Positions 60,917 through 64,000 of a DNA stretch of 64,000 nucleotides are shown here, piece by piece. The stretch comes from Pyrinomonadaceae bacterium. Its GTDB lineage: Bacteria > Acidobacteriota > Blastocatellia > Pyrinomonadales > Pyrinomonadaceae. Numbering within the stretch: the stretch's first letter is position 1; every line of letters begins with the position of its first letter. The notes below the pieces were generated by a model that was not told the DNA's origin, did no database searches, and worked only from the letters and a program-made list of their open reading frames with translations. A program made the translations under genes and the position numbers. The DNA lies in contig JBKBYA010000010.1 of NCBI GenBank assembly GCA_046313635.1, positions 1 to 64,000 on the forward strand, given 5' to 3'.

Positions 60917-61453
60917 ATGATCCCGAGGATTTTGAGCATATTTGTGATCGTCTTTGCGATGGCCGCCGCGGTCGCCGCACAGGTACCCAATCCCAATGCG
61001 TCCGCGCCGCCGAGGCCGGAGGAGCCGGATCTCCAGACGAACAGCATCCGCGAGATGCTGACAAAGCTGCAGATCGACCAGGCAAAAAAAGATTTTGACG
61101 AGATGCTCGAGCGCGGCGACGAGGCGCTCAAGCTCTCGGAGCAGATCCAGGAGAGCTTTTCGAGATCCGGCTCGCTTACGAGCGGCGACCGCCAAAAGCT
61201 TCAGGAGCTCGAAAAGCTTGTCAAGAAGATCCGCGGCGAGCTCGGCGGCGACGATCCTGACGAATCCGAGACCGGCGAGGACGGCCGATCGGCGCCGACC
61301 GACGTCGTATCGACGGTCAAACGGCTCCCGGATCTGGCGGGCCGTCTGGTAACGGAGCTTAAAAAGACGACGCGATTTACCATCTCGGCGACGGCGATCC
61401 AAAGCTCTAACGCCGTCCTGCGTGCGGTGCGGTTTCTGCGAAGCGGCAAATGA
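60917..61453 (+). CDS. Exported helical hypothetical protein
   Basis: Signal peptide MIPRILSIFVIVFAMAAAVAA followed by an amphipathic helical body. Confidence 0.7.
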   Translation: MIPRILSIFVIVFAMAAAVAAQVPNPNASAPPRPEEPDLQTNSIREMLTKLQIDQAKKDFDEMLERGDEALKLSEQIQESFSRSGSLTSGDRQKLQELEKLVKKIRGELGGDDPDESETGEDGRSAPTDVVSTVKRLPDLAGRLVTELKKTTRFTISATAIQSSNAVLRAVRFLRSGK

Positions 61454-61460
61454 CCCGACC

Positions 61461-62363
61461 ATGAATCCATTACTTTTCAAAGCGGCCGCGATCGTGATCG
61501 CGGCCGTTTGTTTTTGTAGCTCGGCGGCCGCGCAGGACGACGACGTGATCGCTGTCGACTCGTCGATCGTCGTGATGAACGCCGTCGTCCGCGACGCACA
61601 AGATCGTGCGGTGCTTGGGCTGCAGCGGTCGCACTTCAGCATTTTCGAGGACGGCGTCGAGCAGGCGATCGCAGCATTCGAGTCGCACGAGGCGCCGTTC
61701 GCCGCGGTGATACTGCTCGACACGTCCGGCAGCATGCAGTCGCGGATAAGCGCCGCGCGTTCGGCGGCGATCAATTTTTTGGACGGTCTGAGGCCCGGCG
61801 ACGTCGCGGCCGTCTACCGGTTTGACTCGAGGGTCACGGAAGTGCAGGAGTTCTCGGGGAGCCGCGACGTGAGCGAGAGGATCTTTGGCATCAGGGCCGA
61901 GGGGATGACGGTGCTCAACGACGCGATCGTCGAGGCCGCGGCCAAGCTTGCCGCGCGTCCCGAAGCGAGGCGTGCGATCATCGTCGTCTCCGACGGGGCC
62001 GACACCCGCAGCGGCAATTCGGCCGACAAGGCGATAAAGGCCGCCCTCGCCGCGAACGCGACGATCTATACGGTCGATATGTCCGAGTTAAGCTCCGGCG
62101 GCCCGGCACGGATGCAGAACCGAGGCGTGCTGAAGAATTTTGCCGATAAGACCGGCGGATTTTTTGTTTCAAGCGACGACGCTCTCAAGCTGCGCACGGC
62201 GCTCCGGAGCATCGTCGAGGAGCTCCGCAATCAGTACACGCTCGCATATTCGCCGGAAGAGCCGAAGTATGACGGCAGATGGCACGCTCTCGAGCTGCGC
62301 GTCGCGCGTCCCGGCCTCACGATCAGGACCCGGAAAGGCTACAACGCACCAAAGAAAAAATGA
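61461..62363 (+). CDS. Exported VWA-domain protein (Acidobacteria-type)
   Basis: Signal peptide, FSIFEDGVEQ, MIDAS DTSGS...T...SDG, ELRNQYTLAYSP, IRTRKGY. Confidence 0.88.
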   Translation: MNPLLFKAAAIVIAAVCFCSSAAAQDDDVIAVDSSIVVMNAVVRDAQDRAVLGLQRSHFSIFEDGVEQAIAAFESHEAPFAAVILLDTSGSMQSRISAARSAAINFLDGLRPGDVAAVYRFDSRVTEVQEFSGSRDVSERIFGIRAEGMTVLNDAIVEAAAKLAARPEARRAIIVVSDGADTRSGNSADKAIKAALAANATIYTVDMSELSSGGPARMQNRGVLKNFADKTGGFFVSSDDALKLRTALRSIVEELRNQYTLAYSPEEPKYDGRWHALELRVARPGLTIRTRKGYNAPKKK

Positions 62364-62384
62364 CGGCCCCTGCGATCGACGCCG

Positions 62385-63506
62385 TCAGGCAATACTCGTC
62401 CGGTTGCGGGCGCGGTCGGCGCTCCGTTCGAGCGCCAATCGAATAAGCTCGTCGATGACGTCCGGAAAACTTCGTCCCGACGCGGCCCACATCTTTGGAA
62501 AGCCCGACGCGTCGGTCAGTCCCGGCATGGTGTTGATCTCGTTGATGAGCAGCTCGCCCGTGTCATTGCGCAGAAAGAAATCGACCCGTGCGAGCCCCGA
62601 GCCGTCGATCGCCGCAAAGGCGGTAACGGCCATCCGGCGGATCATATCCGAGAGATCGGTCGAAACCGGCGCCGGTACGACGAACTCGTTGTTTCCGGTG
62701 CCGGAATATTTCTCGGTGTAATCGAGAAACTTCTTATCCTCGTTGCGGATGATGTACTCGCCCGGCAGGCTCGCCTGCGGATCGGCATTGCCTAGCACGG
62801 CGCATTCGATCTCGCGCATATCGAGAGCTTCCTCGACGATGATCTTGCGGTCAAACTGTGCGGCGAGGTCGATGGCCGACCGCAGCGACGCCGCATCCTC
62901 GGCGCGCGAGACGCCGACCGACGAGCCGAGATTGGCCGGTTTGACGAAGCACGGATATCCGAGCTCGCTCTCGACATCGCGGATCACTCCCTGCGGGCCG
63001 GCCTCCCAGTCCGAGCGCAGAAACCAGACGTGCCTGCACATCGGCAGACCTGCCTCTTCAAAGAGCGTCTTCATCACGACCTTGTCCATCCCGCACGCCG
63101 ACGCGAGAACACCGCAGCCGACATAAGGAACGCCGGCCATCTCAAGCAGCCCCTGGACCGTCCCGTCCTCGCCAAACGTACCGTGCAGAACGGGAAATGC
63201 GACGTCGATACCGCGTGAGCCGGAGACGCTCGAAGCCTGAAGCAGGGTCAGAGCGTTAAAGTCGTCGGCAGACGCCGCGGCAAAGAGCTCGACGCCCTCG
63301 AACGCCGTCGACCGCGTGCTCTCAGGCAGCAGGGCCGCCGAGGCCGCAGGGTCGAGCCAGCGTCCGTCGGGAGCGATCGCCATCGGGACCGCCTCGAACT
63401 TCGCCTTGTCCATCTGCTCAAAAACGGTCCGCGCCGAGCGGATCGAGATCTCATGCTCGCCCGAGCGGCCGCCAAAAATCACACCGACCCTAGTCTTCAT
63501 ATTCAA
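62385..63506 (-). CDS. ddl: D-alanine--D-alanine ligase
   Basis: FGGRSGEHEIS, FPVLHGTFGEDG, KPANLGSSVGV, YTEKY, NEINTMPG. Confidence 0.95.
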   Translation of the reverse strand: MNMKTRVGVIFGGRSGEHEISIRSARTVFEQMDKAKFEAVPMAIAPDGRWLDPAASAALLPESTRSTAFEGVELFAAASADDFNALTLLQASSVSGSRGIDVAFPVLHGTFGEDGTVQGLLEMAGVPYVGCGVLASACGMDKVVMKTLFEEAGLPMCRHVWFLRSDWEAGPQGVIRDVESELGYPCFVKPANLGSSVGVSRAEDAASLRSAIDLAAQFDRKIIVEEALDMREIECAVLGNADPQASLPGEYIIRNEDKKFLDYTEKYSGTGNNEFVVPAPVSTDLSDMIRRMAVTAFAAIDGSGLARVDFFLRNDTGELLINEINTMPGLTDASGFPKMWAASGRSFPDVIDELIRLALERSADRARNRTSIA

Positions 63507-63518
63507 GATACCGATCGA

Positions 63519-64000
63519 TCAAAGAATGGTCTTTCCGAGTGCCGAGAGGATCAGCTCGCAGGCGAGCTGAACGGTGATGTTGCTCTGATCGAGCAGCGGG
63601 TTGACCTCGACGATCTCGAATGAGCGCATCAGGCCCGACTCGGCGATCATCTCGAGCGCGAGATGTGCCTCACGATACGTCGCTCCGCCTCGGACGAGAG
63701 TTCCCGACCCCGGAGCAAAGTGCGGGTCGATCATATCGACGTCAAACGTGACGGCAAACCCGCCCGGGGCACGCGATGCGATCTCGATCGCCCGCTCGAC
63801 GCAGGCCGTCATTCCCCGCTTATCGATATCGCTCATCGTGAAAAATCGGTCGCGCAGACCGAGATCGAGGACGCGGCTGCGTTCGCCGGCGTCAAGGTCG
63901 CGGGCGCCTATGTGAGCGAAATAGGCCGGGTTCAATTTCGGGCCGCGGCCGCCGAGCCCGACGAGCTCGTCGATGCCCTCGCCGAGCAGCACCGCGAGCG
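63519..64000 (-). CDS. rocF: Arginase (partial; start beyond the right edge)
   Basis: [43 protein letters not shown]. Confidence 0.85.
   Translation of the reverse strand, partial: LAVLLGEGIDELVGLGGRGPKLNPAYFAHIGARDLDAGERSRVLDLGLRDRFFTMSDIDKRGMTACVERAIEIASRAPGGFAVTFDVDMIDPHFAPGSGTLVRGGATYREAHLALEMIAESGLMRSFEIVEVNPLLDQSNITVQLACELILSALGKTIL

Overview
GC-rich bacterial chromosomal window, most likely Acidobacteriota (Blastocatellia/Pyrinomonadaceae-like). That taxon is an inference from the Acidobacteria-style VWA protein and the C-terminal FG-GAP surface protein; no search was run. The first ~5.2 kb is a partly AT-richer polymorphic-toxin region. It holds a minus-strand array of orphan Rhs modules (CT + exported partner, truncated Rhs with a JAB-like CT + exported partner, and a further broken Rhs core running off the left edge) plus an XRE-regulator remnant. 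Next comes the most striking locus (5562-11791): an outer-membrane beta-barrel gene followed by a ~1370-aa protein with 10 CxxCH heme motifs fused to an LVIVD-type beta-propeller, with a twin-arginine-like N-terminus and a C-terminal membrane anchor. This is a candidate non-Mtr porin-multiheme cytochrome system. The rest is mostly core genome: pilD, RNase P RNA, ptsI, murU/amgK-like pair, mntP, asnS, UbiD-family decarboxylase, hbd/thiolase/CoA-transferase, proline dehydrogenase divergent from proS, ECF sigma/anti-sigma/Spy, mlaEFD, argRCDF'B, tRNA-Leu(GAG), secG-tpiA-pgk-gap, TolC, ddl and a partial arginase. Many start codons were re-picked by eye relative to the ORF track. All product calls come from motif recognition, not database searches.
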